DNA of 40,596 nucleotides from sequence record SRR31156797_6183; one strand, given 5' to 3'. Shown here piece by piece: positions 19,341 to 28,834 of the stretch. How positions within the stretch are numbered: position 1 is the stretch's first letter; each line of letters opens with the position of its first letter. A program made the translations under genes and the position numbers. The notes below the pieces were generated by a model. It was not told the DNA's origin, searched no databases, and saw only the letters and a list, made by a program, of their open reading frames with translations.

Positions 19341-19448
19341 CTAACTAAGTGCATTCGTAATAGCTAATCTTTCACAGTGAACTCCTGCTAATACATTAAA
19401 GTTCTTTAGTTCAATGATTTCATTTTTCGTAGAAATTCTTATTCCCAT
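19341..19448 (-). pseudogene. Short N-terminal remnant, possibly BtrH_N-like
   Basis: GGAGG RBS, then MGIRISTKNEIIELKNFNVLAGVHCERLAITNALS*; GxHCE resembles BtrH-type papain-like N-termini. Confidence 0.4.
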
Positions 19449-19483
19449 TGAAATGACCTCCGTGTATATTTTTGCTTACTATG

Positions 19484-19514
19484 ATTGTATAGTCTCCGGT
19501 TAGGGGAGGGTCAA
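19484..19514 (-). promoter_or_regulatory. MerR-type promoter (19-bp spacer with dyad)
   Basis: TTGACC-ctcccctaaccggagacta (19 bp)-TACAAT with CTCC...GGAG dyad in the spacer. Confidence 0.65.
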
Positions 19515-19524
19515 GGGGAAAAGT

Positions 19525-19790
19525 ATTCAGACTAGATTGTATGGATTGATTAAAACAAATATATAATTGTTACAGTTGAAGGTTTGATGTTTATAATTTT
19601 TCATTTTCCAACCAGATGCATAATCAATTTTATAGGACCTATTGCATTGATTAAAGACAACCTATACCCGATTGTGAATCTATTTGTTTCACATTTAATA
19701 TTCAATTTTGTTTTTACCAAGACCAACTCGCTGTATGGAGCGATTTTGATACATTGGATATCGAATTTATCCTGTTATGTAATCACTTAA
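19525..19790 (+). pseudogene. CPBP/Abi (CAAX protease-like) C-terminal remnant, frameshifted
   Basis: IQTRLYGLIK (post-EExxFRG segment), then after a frame change FIIFH... and KTNSLYGAILIHWISN. Confidence 0.6.
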
Positions 19791-19845
19791 AAAAGACAAT
19801 ATTAATTAGATTATTCCAAATCAGTATTGCTTTGTAATTTAAGTT

Positions 19846-21459
19846 TTATACCATATACATTCTTTGATAATACTCATCCAGCATACGAAGCACAGCAAAT
19901 TCATCAATACATTTTATAATGCTTGCCTGCATCATACTAATCCATTTATCTCGATTATCATAATATGTAGGGATTACTTCATCAAGAAGGACCTTGTATA
20001 GTTCTTTGATATCATGAGTATCCAGTATAGTATCATCATCGCTTTCGAAGCCATCACCGAATTGCCAGCCATTTACTCCATGCTCACATGCTTCAGGCCA
20101 CCAGCCGTCTAGGATAGATAAATTTAGTACGCCGTTAATAGCCGCCTTCATACCGGAAGTTCCGCTGGCTTCCTTTGGTCTGCGTGGGGTGTTGAGCCAT
20201 ACGTCCGCTCCTCTAGTAAGTGCTGCACCTATTTCCATGTCGTAGTTTTGCAGGAATACAACATTGTTAGGATACTTTAGGCTCATAGCTACTAATTTCT
20301 CTACTATTGCCTTTCCTGTATCATCCAATGGATGAGCTTTACCAGAGAATATTATCTGTAGTTTGTTTTCTGCAAACAGCTTATCCATTACTTTCATATC
20401 TGTAAATATAAAGTCAGATCGCTTGTACGGAGCGGCACGGCGTGAGAAACCAATGGTAAGGACATCCTCGTCTAGCTTAATGCTGTTTTTCTTTTCTACG
20501 AATTTTATTAGCGCACGCTTATTCATCATATGAGATGCCCATAGCATATCGTGGTCATCTTTGTGTACAGTTATATCTTCGTCTACCCATGTTGGCAGAT
20601 GGATTGCATTTGTAATGTCGATAATATCACATGCATCATCTATGTGCTTCCACATAGCTTTTGCTGTCTCAGTGTGTAGCTTGGATACAGCATTTGCAAT
20701 CTTGCATGTACGAAGTGCTGCGATAGTCATGTTAAACGGTGCATTACCGATTTTAACCAATTCCTCTATTGTAAGACCATTGTTTGCACCCATGTACATA
20801 AGCCTGTCTATACTGTGGCTTTCATTGCCCTGAATAATAGGAGTATGAGTGGTAAATACAGTCTGCTTCTTTACTGCTTCTCTGGCTTTGTCAAAGTTTA
20901 AGCCTAATTCCATCTGTTCACGAATTAATTCAAAAGCTGCAAATATTGCATGTCCTTCATTAAAGTGATAGATGTCAATATCAATATTTAGAGCACGAAG
21001 CGCACGAACTCCTCCGATACCAAGTATCATTTCCTGAGCAATTCTTTCCTCCTGAAACCAGCCGTACAATTGTCCTGTTATCCAAGGATCATCATTCTTA
21101 TCTAAATCTGTATCCAGTAAATACAAATCGGCATTACCGAATTTATCGACTTTCCATACCTTGGCATATACATTTCTATTTCGGATTTTCACACAGATTT
21201 CTATACCTGTATCTACTAGGAAATCATACTTATATATTGGATATGTATCATATGCCTTATGACTTTCGTTTATTAGCTGGTCAGTATAGCCCTGCTTCCA
21301 CAAAAGACCTACTGCAACCATTGGGAAAGCATGGTCGTATGCACCTTTTATGTAATCTCCGGCCAGTATTCCCAGACCGCCTGCGTATTGTTTGAATGTA
21401 CTTTCCAAGCCATATTCCATACAAAAGTATGCCGTTTTGGGCAAATTGTTTTTTTTCAT
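19846..21459 (-). CDS. glgP: Alpha-glucan (glycogen/maltodextrin) phosphorylase, short GT35 type
   Basis: GGLGILAGD, HFNEGH, FTTHT, EASGTSGMK (PLP Lys); ATG 21459 follows GAGGTG. Confidence 0.92.
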   Translation of the reverse strand: MKKNNLPKTAYFCMEYGLESTFKQYAGGLGILAGDYIKGAYDHAFPMVAVGLLWKQGYTDQLINESHKAYDTYPIYKYDFLVDTGIEICVKIRNRNVYAKVWKVDKFGNADLYLLDTDLDKNDDPWITGQLYGWFQEERIAQEMILGIGGVRALRALNIDIDIYHFNEGHAIFAAFELIREQMELGLNFDKAREAVKKQTVFTTHTPIIQGNESHSIDRLMYMGANNGLTIEELVKIGNAPFNMTIAALRTCKIANAVSKLHTETAKAMWKHIDDACDIIDITNAIHLPTWVDEDITVHKDDHDMLWASHMMNKRALIKFVEKKNSIKLDEDVLTIGFSRRAAPYKRSDFIFTDMKVMDKLFAENKLQIIFSGKAHPLDDTGKAIVEKLVAMSLKYPNNVVFLQNYDMEIGAALTRGADVWLNTPRRPKEASGTSGMKAAINGVLNLSILDGWWPEACEHGVNGWQFGDGFESDDDTILDTHDIKELYKVLLDEVIPTYYDNRDKWISMMQASIIKCIDEFAVLRMLDEYYQRMYMV

Positions 21460-21486
21460 TATAATCACCTCATACACATATGATTG

Positions 21487-23775
21487 CTAAATTCGAATAC
21501 TTGCATTTTTGTCCAGTTTATATTTCTTGCTAAATACATTTAACTCCATGCTAATACCCTTTATCAGATCAATGCTGACTAATTCCTTTGATACACATAC
21601 ATCAATGGTGCACCCTCTGAAATTTATCATAAATGAATATTCGTCCCAGGCATTTGGTATTATTGGGTTCAGGCATAGCTGACCTTTTTCAACTTTTAAT
21701 CCACCGAATCCATGTACTATACTCATCCATGTACCTGCCATAGATGTGATATGCAGTCCGTCATCGGTATCGTTGTTGTAGTTATCTAAATCCAGTCGTG
21801 AAGATCGCAGGTATAGTTCATATGCTTTTTCATGATAATTTAATTCACATGCGATTATTGAATGGATGCATGGGGAGAGGGAAGACTCATGAACAGTCAT
21901 TGGTTCATAAAAGTCAAAGTGGCGTTTCTTTTCCTCAAATGTAAAGTCATTTGGCAGATTGTAAATACACTGTAGTACATCAGCCTGCTTGATGAAGCAG
22001 GAACGAAGTATTCTATCCCATGACCAGTTCTGATTGATGGGTCTGTCTTTAGGTGCTAAATTCTCTACTGACAGCAATTCTTTATCTATAAATCCATCCT
22101 GCTGAGAATATACTTCTAATTCATCAATATATGGATAGTACATATTGTCTGCGATATCTTGGAATTTTGTTAGCTCTAAGTCTGAAATCTGCAGCTCATT
22201 CATTGCTTTTGTATACTGTTCAGGATACTTTTCTTTGACCATATTAACTACTTCTACTGTATAAGAAAGTGAGAATGCAGCCATCTTGTTTGTATGGAAA
22301 TTGTTATTTACATTATTTTCATATTCGTTTGGACCGGTCACGCCCAAAATCATATATTTATTTTTCCATGTGTTGTAGTTAACACGACTTGCCCAGAAGC
22401 GAGATGTTTCATACAGTACATAAATACCATAATTGGGCAGATAGCTCTCATCTCCTGTGTAGTTTACATAATTATAAATGGCATAAGAAATAGCGGCGTT
22501 GCGATGAATTTCTTCAAAGGTTATTTCCCATTCGTTATGACATTCTTCGCCGTTCATGGTAACCATAGGGTATAAGGCTCCTTCTAAACCTAGCTTTGCA
22601 GCGTTTTCTTTTGCCTTATTTAAATGATTGTATCTGTAAATCAAGAGGTTTTTTGATACTATATCAGCAGATGTAGACAAGTAAAATGGCAGACAATAGC
22701 TTTCTGTATCCCAGTATGTAGAGCCGCCGTATTTTTCACCAGTTAATCCCTTAGGACCGATATTCAGCCTGCAGTCCCTGCCTGTGTATGTTTGATTTAA
22801 CTGAAAAATATTGAAGCGAATACCCTGCTGTGCCTCATCATCACCCAAAATTCTTATATCAGAAACTGACCAGATGTCACTCCATACTTTTTTATGCTCA
22901 GAGTATATTTGTTCGAAGCCTTTATAAAACGCATTGGTTACAGCAGATACCGCTCTGTCGCTTATCTGATTATTTTCATAATCTCGGCTTGTTGTTACTG
23001 CGAAATATTTGTATAGTGTTAGAGTTCTGTTTTTAGGTACATCAGCATCATATGTGCTGCATGTGTATAGACTGTCTACTTTTGAAGTTTCGAATATTTC
23101 GCTATCATCTAGCGTAACCTTGGATTTTATACAGGAACATACCCAAAAGTTAGTCTTCTTTGTGCTCATAGTGATGCCTGATAAATTACCATCAGCAAAT
23201 ACATCTTTACAGTTCCAAAACATTTCGTCATAATTGGTATCCTGGTTTCGGACATCACCACTAACAAAGGATTCTAAATTAATATTTACATTACTGGTAA
23301 GAGGGGTTATGCTGTATTTAATGGCTCCTATTTCATTTTGCGCCATAGAAACAAAGCGAATGGATTTGATATGAACTTTCGTGTTATCGTCAAGAATCAA
23401 ATCAAATTCTTTTGTTAAATCACCGCATTTCATATTCAGGGTACGTGTGAAATTTTCCACTTTCTGTACATTTAAATCTATTAAAGTACCATTGATTTTT
23501 AAATGTATTCCAATAAAATCACTAGCATTGATAACCTTTGCGAAATACTCGGGATAGCCATTTTTCCACCAGCCAACCTTAGTTTTGTCAGGATAATAGA
23601 TACCTGCGATATATGTGCCTTTCAGAGTATTACCAGTAAAATCTTCCTCAAAATTTCCCCTTATCCCCATATGACCATTTGCAAGAGATGTAACACTTTC
23701 AGCTACTAGATTGTTTGATTGGTCAAATCCCTCTTGGACAATGCTGAACTTGTGAGTTTTAAATATTTTTTTCAT
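21487..23775 (-). CDS. GH65 maltose phosphorylase
   Basis: KGLTGEKYGGSTYWDTE, GPNEYENN, KQADV, HESSLS; N-terminal KTKVGWWKNGYPEYF typical of maltose phosphorylases. Confidence 0.88.
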   Translation of the reverse strand: MKKIFKTHKFSIVQEGFDQSNNLVAESVTSLANGHMGIRGNFEEDFTGNTLKGTYIAGIYYPDKTKVGWWKNGYPEYFAKVINASDFIGIHLKINGTLIDLNVQKVENFTRTLNMKCGDLTKEFDLILDDNTKVHIKSIRFVSMAQNEIGAIKYSITPLTSNVNINLESFVSGDVRNQDTNYDEMFWNCKDVFADGNLSGITMSTKKTNFWVCSCIKSKVTLDDSEIFETSKVDSLYTCSTYDADVPKNRTLTLYKYFAVTTSRDYENNQISDRAVSAVTNAFYKGFEQIYSEHKKVWSDIWSVSDIRILGDDEAQQGIRFNIFQLNQTYTGRDCRLNIGPKGLTGEKYGGSTYWDTESYCLPFYLSTSADIVSKNLLIYRYNHLNKAKENAAKLGLEGALYPMVTMNGEECHNEWEITFEEIHRNAAISYAIYNYVNYTGDESYLPNYGIYVLYETSRFWASRVNYNTWKNKYMILGVTGPNEYENNVNNNFHTNKMAAFSLSYTVEVVNMVKEKYPEQYTKAMNELQISDLELTKFQDIADNMYYPYIDELEVYSQQDGFIDKELLSVENLAPKDRPINQNWSWDRILRSCFIKQADVLQCIYNLPNDFTFEEKKRHFDFYEPMTVHESSLSPCIHSIIACELNYHEKAYELYLRSSRLDLDNYNNDTDDGLHITSMAGTWMSIVHGFGGLKVEKGQLCLNPIIPNAWDEYSFMINFRGCTIDVCVSKELVSIDLIKGISMELNVFSKKYKLDKNASIRI

Positions 23776-24029
23776 TATATCCTTCTTCTTTTTTAAATGT
23801 TATAGATATACAACAAAATGCACTTTTTCACTACATTTTTATAATATACTGCATATTTAATTATTTCAAGACAGAATTTGAATGATGTTAAGAAATCGTA
23901 AAAAAGCACATTAATATGCTTTATATAGTACTAACAGTAATAAAAAGGGAAAAATGATAGTAAATACATGAAATTCTACATTTTTGAGTTAATAATAAAT
24001 AATAGCGTTGAATTAAGGCTATCAAAGGA

Positions 24030-24058
24030 TTGATTTTTTTTTAAATATAATATATAAT
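24030..24058 (+). promoter_or_regulatory. SigA promoter of tRNA
   Basis: TTGATT-17-TATAAT, 20 nt upstream of the tRNA. Confidence 0.55.
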
Positions 24059-24078
24059 TTTCTAACCGAATTAAATAT

Positions 24079-24166
24079 GCGGACATGGCGGAATCGGTAG
24101 ACGCGTTGGCTTGAGGGGCCAATTTTCCTAACGAAAGTGCAGGTTCAAGTCCTGTTGTCCGCACCA
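24079..24166 (+). tRNA. tRNA-Leu (anticodon GAG)
   Basis: Acceptor GCGGACA/TGTCCGC, D-arm GCGGAATCGGTAGACGC, anticodon arm TTGGC-TTGAGGG-GCCAA, long variable arm, GTTCAAGTC T-arm, encoded CCA. Confidence 0.97.
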
Positions 24167-24256
24167 ATAAAGACGTACTCTAGACGGGTACGTCTTTTTA
24201 ATATTTATGAGACAGAATTGTCCATAGGGGTAGGGACAGCTTTGTCTATAGGGTAT
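24161..24256 (+). repeat. Diverged direct repeat, copy A (tRNA 3' end + terminator + periodic motif)
   Basis: ~80% identical by hand alignment to 27493-27586. Confidence 0.85.
24169..24199 (+). terminator. tRNA terminator
   Basis: AAAGACGTAC/GTACGTCTTT stem plus T-run. Confidence 0.8.
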
Positions 24257-24410
24257 ACCCAATATTGCCTCTAGGGTGGGGTCGGTAGAATCCATAGGAC
24301 TAACCTTTAAATTGGGTGATTAAAATATATTATATTAGAAAGAATTTGTTATATATTGTATAATATGTTTATACTAATTTATAAAACAATACATTTGAGT
24401 ATCGAATAGT

Positions 24411-24683
24411 ATGATGTATATAGAATATGTTTGTAATAGTTATCATAAAAATGGTATTGATAATTGCTCATCTCATAGAATTAGACAAGCACAACTGGAT
24501 GAAGCAGTAGGTATAAAGCTAGAGAGCATACGAATGTTAGCTAAAGAAAACGCTCATATTGTTAAACAGTTTATTGAATATTACAAAAAACAAAAAATTG
24601 AATTGACAGACAGTATAAAAAGTGTAACTATGGAAATAAGTAAGCTAGAGGAGCAGGTGGTTATAGTGTCGGAAAAAGCGTAA
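24411..24683 (+). pseudogene. Large serine recombinase fragment (zinc-ribbon + coiled coil)
   Basis: YVCNSYHKNGIDNCSSHRIRQAQLDEAV followed by a heptad-rich helix; catalytic domain absent. Confidence 0.8.
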
Positions 24684-24818
24684 TTCACGCGGCAAGGTAA
24701 GTATTTTATATATGTAACTAGTTTCGAGAATTATTTAAGTAGTATTGTAAAGGTTCATACCCTATTTGTTAATAACAATACTATTATGGTACAATAAGGA
24801 AAAAATGTGAGGTAGATT

Positions 24819-27101
24819 ATGAAAAAACTTATATTATTATTACTATTATTATCATCGTTGTTAATTATCTCTTGTGCATCAACAGGACAAGAACAAAATT
24901 CTTATGAACCTGAACAAAAAAGTATTTTTACTGATATAATACGGTATAAAGACAAAGTTCAATTTTATTTTGAAGATAATGAAGGACAATCAGAAATAAT
25001 AAAATTTTATATTGATGATAACTTGTTTGATGAAAATGAGTATTTTTGCTTTGATCCTAAATATAGTTATTTTTTACAAAAGCCAAGATCTCTTAAAATA
25101 GAATTATATAACTATGATGATCAGCTTATATGCTATGATGAGATAGCAAATTTTATGGTACTATGTCCTAGTAATAAAAATATAGATTATACAATATATG
25201 AAAATGCCGAAAGTTTGATGATAATTGATCCGCATAACTACGTTTTATATGATGAAATAACTAAACTTGAAAATATTTCGCACCTATACTTAAATGGCTG
25301 CTATGAACTAGATAATACAGATTTTTTATTGAAAATGAGTAATATTGAATCACTATCTATTATAGAATGCAATTTAATTGAAAATCTTAATGAGATAAAT
25401 CAGCTAGAAAATTTAAATGATTTGTATATTTCCGACTGCGACACTTTAAATAATATAGATTCAGTATTTGAATCAAATAGTATAATAAATTTAAGTATAA
25501 CTCGTTGTAATAAGCTAAAAGAAATTTCATCAACTGAAAGTGTATCTAACATTTCCACAATATATTTAAATGGCATGAAACTAAATAATATTGAGTTTTT
25601 AAATAATTTAGCCAGTGTAAAGGAGTTAAGTATAATTAGCTGTTCGGGCACAAAAGATAAATCTCCACTGAAAAGCTTGACGAGCTTAGAGAAACTCAAA
25701 ATATATAATATATATTCTACGACTGATTTAGAGTTTGCATCAAAAATGGTTAACTTAAAAGAGTTAAGTGTATCAAATTATGAAAATATAAATTCAATAC
25801 CTAATCCAGAAAATCTAAAAAAGCTTATTTTGAACTGTGATTCAAATGTGATGGACATTAGCGATTTAGTTATATTTTCAAATCTTGAATATCTTAATAT
25901 AAGAGGATTTAACAAACTTGAAGACATAACCCCGATTGGAGAGTTAGCCAACCTTAAGAAATTTCTATTGATTTCTTGCAACAATGTTGTAGATATTAGC
26001 AGTTTAAGCAATCTAGTAAACTTAGAGTATTTAAGCATAAGTAACGAAGGGATATTTAACGAAGCTCAGGGCATAAAAGATATTAGTGCTCTTTCTCAAA
26101 TGGTTAATCTAAAGGAACTTCATTTCAATATGTGCATTTATATTAGAGATTTCTCAGCGCTATCTGAATTAAATAATCTACACACTGTATCATTGCGCAA
26201 TACGGGTCATTCTGATTTAGACATAACTCCATTAGGCGGTGATGACCTATTGAAACTTACTTTGTATGATAATGCAGTCAGTAATTTTGAAGGTGTTTTA
26301 AATATGCCCAATTTAGAGGAACTAAGCATAAGTAAAAATAATTATGTTAATGATATTAGTAAATTAAGCGTTCTAGATAATCTTGAAAAGTTATACTTAA
26401 TAGAGTGTAATAGTATTAAAAATGTAGACGTAATTTCAGAAATAGCAAGCTTAGAATATATCTCTATAAGTTCCTGTGAAAAACTGGAGAGTATGCCGTC
26501 TTTATCTAACCTAGAAAATCTAACTGAGCTATATATTAATGGTTTTGTTGAAATGGACGATATTACCCCAATAACAGATGCGATTAATTTAGAGACTTTA
26601 AGCATTACAAATGCTTATTCAATTGAGGATATAAGTTCATTTTCAAAATTAACCAATTTACAGAAATTAAGTTTATATAATTGTTCTGGTATAAAGGATA
26701 TTGAAGCAGTAGCGTACTTAAAGAATTTAAGCGAGCTTGATCTTTCATACTTTGGTTCTGTCATAGTTGAAGATATTACTCCAATATCTGAGTTAATCAA
26801 CTTAAGGAAACTGAATTTGTTTGGATGTGTAAATATTGCTGATGTAAAAGCCCTTTCATCTTTACAAAATCTTGAGGAGCTAATACTTTCAAATTGCACT
26901 TCTATAACAGATATTGACGATTTGGAGGTGTTAACAAACTTAGAAATATTGAATTTAAGTGGATGCGAAAGATTAACTAATATAGATAGTATTGCAAACA
27001 TGGAGAGTATTCATTATATTGATTTGAGAAATTGTAGCGGTATTACTGATTATAATTTTGCAGAAAAGATAAATACTAAAATGATAGTAATAGAAGATTA
27101 A
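24819..27101 (+). CDS. Leucine-rich-repeat lipoprotein (internalin-like, Cys-containing LRRs)
   Basis: Lipobox IISC; >20 repeats of ~22-23 aa, LxxLxxLxxLxLxxCxxIxDI. Confidence 0.88.
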   Translation: MKKLILLLLLLSSLLIISCASTGQEQNSYEPEQKSIFTDIIRYKDKVQFYFEDNEGQSEIIKFYIDDNLFDENEYFCFDPKYSYFLQKPRSLKIELYNYDDQLICYDEIANFMVLCPSNKNIDYTIYENAESLMIIDPHNYVLYDEITKLENISHLYLNGCYELDNTDFLLKMSNIESLSIIECNLIENLNEINQLENLNDLYISDCDTLNNIDSVFESNSIINLSITRCNKLKEISSTESVSNISTIYLNGMKLNNIEFLNNLASVKELSIISCSGTKDKSPLKSLTSLEKLKIYNIYSTTDLEFASKMVNLKELSVSNYENINSIPNPENLKKLILNCDSNVMDISDLVIFSNLEYLNIRGFNKLEDITPIGELANLKKFLLISCNNVVDISSLSNLVNLEYLSISNEGIFNEAQGIKDISALSQMVNLKELHFNMCIYIRDFSALSELNNLHTVSLRNTGHSDLDITPLGGDDLLKLTLYDNAVSNFEGVLNMPNLEELSISKNNYVNDISKLSVLDNLEKLYLIECNSIKNVDVISEIASLEYISISSCEKLESMPSLSNLENLTELYINGFVEMDDITPITDAINLETLSITNAYSIEDISSFSKLTNLQKLSLYNCSGIKDIEAVAYLKNLSELDLSYFGSVIVEDITPISELINLRKLNLFGCVNIADVKALSSLQNLEELILSNCTSITDIDDLEVLTNLEILNLSGCERLTNIDSIANMESIHYIDLRNCSGITDYNFAEKINTKMIVIED

Positions 27102-27492
27102 CAAATTTTTGTGTTACACAAATATTAGGCATGTTTTTAAGTTTAGAATATGCTAGTGTGAATGAATTGAATTAAGTACTAAAATATGAACATTTTTATT
27201 GCACAGTTCATGAATTAGTACTTTTTTCATGCTTGAAAGCCCACTAATAAGGTTGTTTTTTTAGAAGTGATTTTAATAAGTGCTCATATAAAATTTGAGT
27301 AAAAAGTGTAAAATCAGGATACAAACATCAAAATGCATAACTTCCGAACTCCACGTGTCCAATTTCGCATTTATCTTTTTTGTAACAAAACGTTTCTAAA
27401 AAGGCGTTTTAGTAATATAATTAGCGTGTATTACATTGGCTAAATGGTATTTTAATTACTAATATTATAGGTGTATCTTTTTTGTATACTAA

Positions 27493-27586
27493 GCACAAAT
27501 ATGGGCGTATCCTAGTGGGTGCGTCTTTTAATATTTTTGATGCAGAAATGTCCATAGGGGTATGGTCAGAATTGTCTACAGGGTAT
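27493..27586 (+). repeat. Diverged direct repeat, copy B
   Basis: GCACAAATATGGGCGTATCCTAGTGGGTGCGTCTTTTAATATT...TGTCCATAGGGGTA...TTGTCTACAGGGTAT aligns to 24161-24256. Confidence 0.85.
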
Positions 27587-28162
27587 CTTTTATGATGTTC
27601 ATAGAGGCAGAGTCATTAAATAATAATGAGAGGTTATGTAGAGATGATTGGCTACTAATTATTTCTTTTATTATATTTATAGAAGCGTTTACTAGTTTTA
27701 CTGCACACCTGTTCAACCTCGTCGTTATACCTTGGTGTATTTATTTCTGTTTGCTTATGGTACAAATTTTTTATAATAATGTATTTTAACCTTCATAGTG
27801 AAGATTTAGTTTATTAAAATAATGAGAGATTATCACATATTGAGTTTGAAGTGATAATTAGGTTTCGTAGAATATGTCAGTAAAGCCTATATACAAAGAT
27901 ACAATGACTAAGGATACTAAGAAGTGATAGAATATTATTTAAGAATTAATATTATCTGGCGGGCTTTAACTTCAAGTTCTGGTGTCCTCACCCAAGCTGT
28001 TACTTCAAGAAGCAACAACATTCGATAAACGGATTTCTTTAGAAACGCGTCGAAATGGAAATATAGCGAATAATGAAGATTACTTTTTGTGGTAATGAAT
28101 TATATTCACATAATTATTTTTACCTGCTATTGTTCTATGCTATAATCTATCAGAGGCTTAGA

Positions 28163-28681
28163 ATGAAAAAGATACAAATTAATGATGACATATTTATTAA
28201 AACACCAGCCATAGAGGATGCACTGCAATCATACCAGTTACTTGATAAGGACAGAGATGAACTAATGGATATATTCAACTTTGTTGAGAAAGATAGTACG
28301 CTGTCTGATGAAGAGGATTTTATCAGAGAATTGGATAGTGATAAATACTTCTTTAATATCTTTTTTAAAAATAATATATGCGGAAAAATAGGTATATTTG
28401 CATATGATGAAAAAGAAAACAGCTACGAAATATATTATTACATTGGTAGTGAGTATAGAGGCTATGGGATAGCGACTATGACAATCAAGGGTTTTGCACA
28501 TTATGTATTTGGTGAACTTAAGGCTGAGAAATTGAAATTCTTTATAAATATAGATAATGATAATAGCAATAAAATGGCAGAAAGACTAGGACTTAAATAT
28601 ATTGAGACGGTAAAGGAGCGTGATTATTGCAATGGCATTTATCATGACCAACACCTTTATGAAATGTATAGTACACTTTAG
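28163..28681 (+). CDS. GNAT acetyltransferase, RimJ/RimL-like
   Basis: YRGYGIAT acetyl-CoA motif, NxxSxKxAERLG; likely start ATG 28163 after GAGG. Confidence 0.82.
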   Translation: MKKIQINDDIFIKTPAIEDALQSYQLLDKDRDELMDIFNFVEKDSTLSDEEDFIRELDSDKYFFNIFFKNNICGKIGIFAYDEKENSYEIYYYIGSEYRGYGIATMTIKGFAHYVFGELKAEKLKFFINIDNDNSNKMAERLGLKYIETVKERDYCNGIYHDQHLYEMYSTL

Positions 28682-28834
28682 GATAAACAAGAACTCGCAC
28701 CAGAGAGCTATGTGAATTGAAGAATACTGTTGTTTGAGAAAATTAGCAATAGCTTTATATATTAATTAATGGTGTTATTATGTGTAATATAGATATTGAT
28801 TATAAATATAGTATCAATTGATGAGGGGGATTAT

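Larger units (their letters stand above)
24161..27586. mobile_element. Decayed tRNA-Leu-associated islet (recombinase remnant + LRR lipoprotein)
   Basis: Flanking direct repeat starting at the tRNA 3' end, recombinase fragment, visibly AT-richer interior. Confidence 0.55.

Noticed and set aside
23976-24167. 63-aa minus-strand ORF
   Set aside because: Antisense shadow of tRNA-Leu
24213-24300. CRISPR array
   Set aside because: Period of 23-24 bp is too short, the conserved part is only ~9 bp, and no cas genes are present
27562-27789. 75-aa ORF
   Set aside because: Starts inside repeat copy B and has no recognisable motif
27102-28160. Riboswitch or ncRNA in the long intergenic region
   Set aside because: No recognisable conserved motif or extended pairing apart from repeat copy B; an Rfam/Infernal scan would be needed
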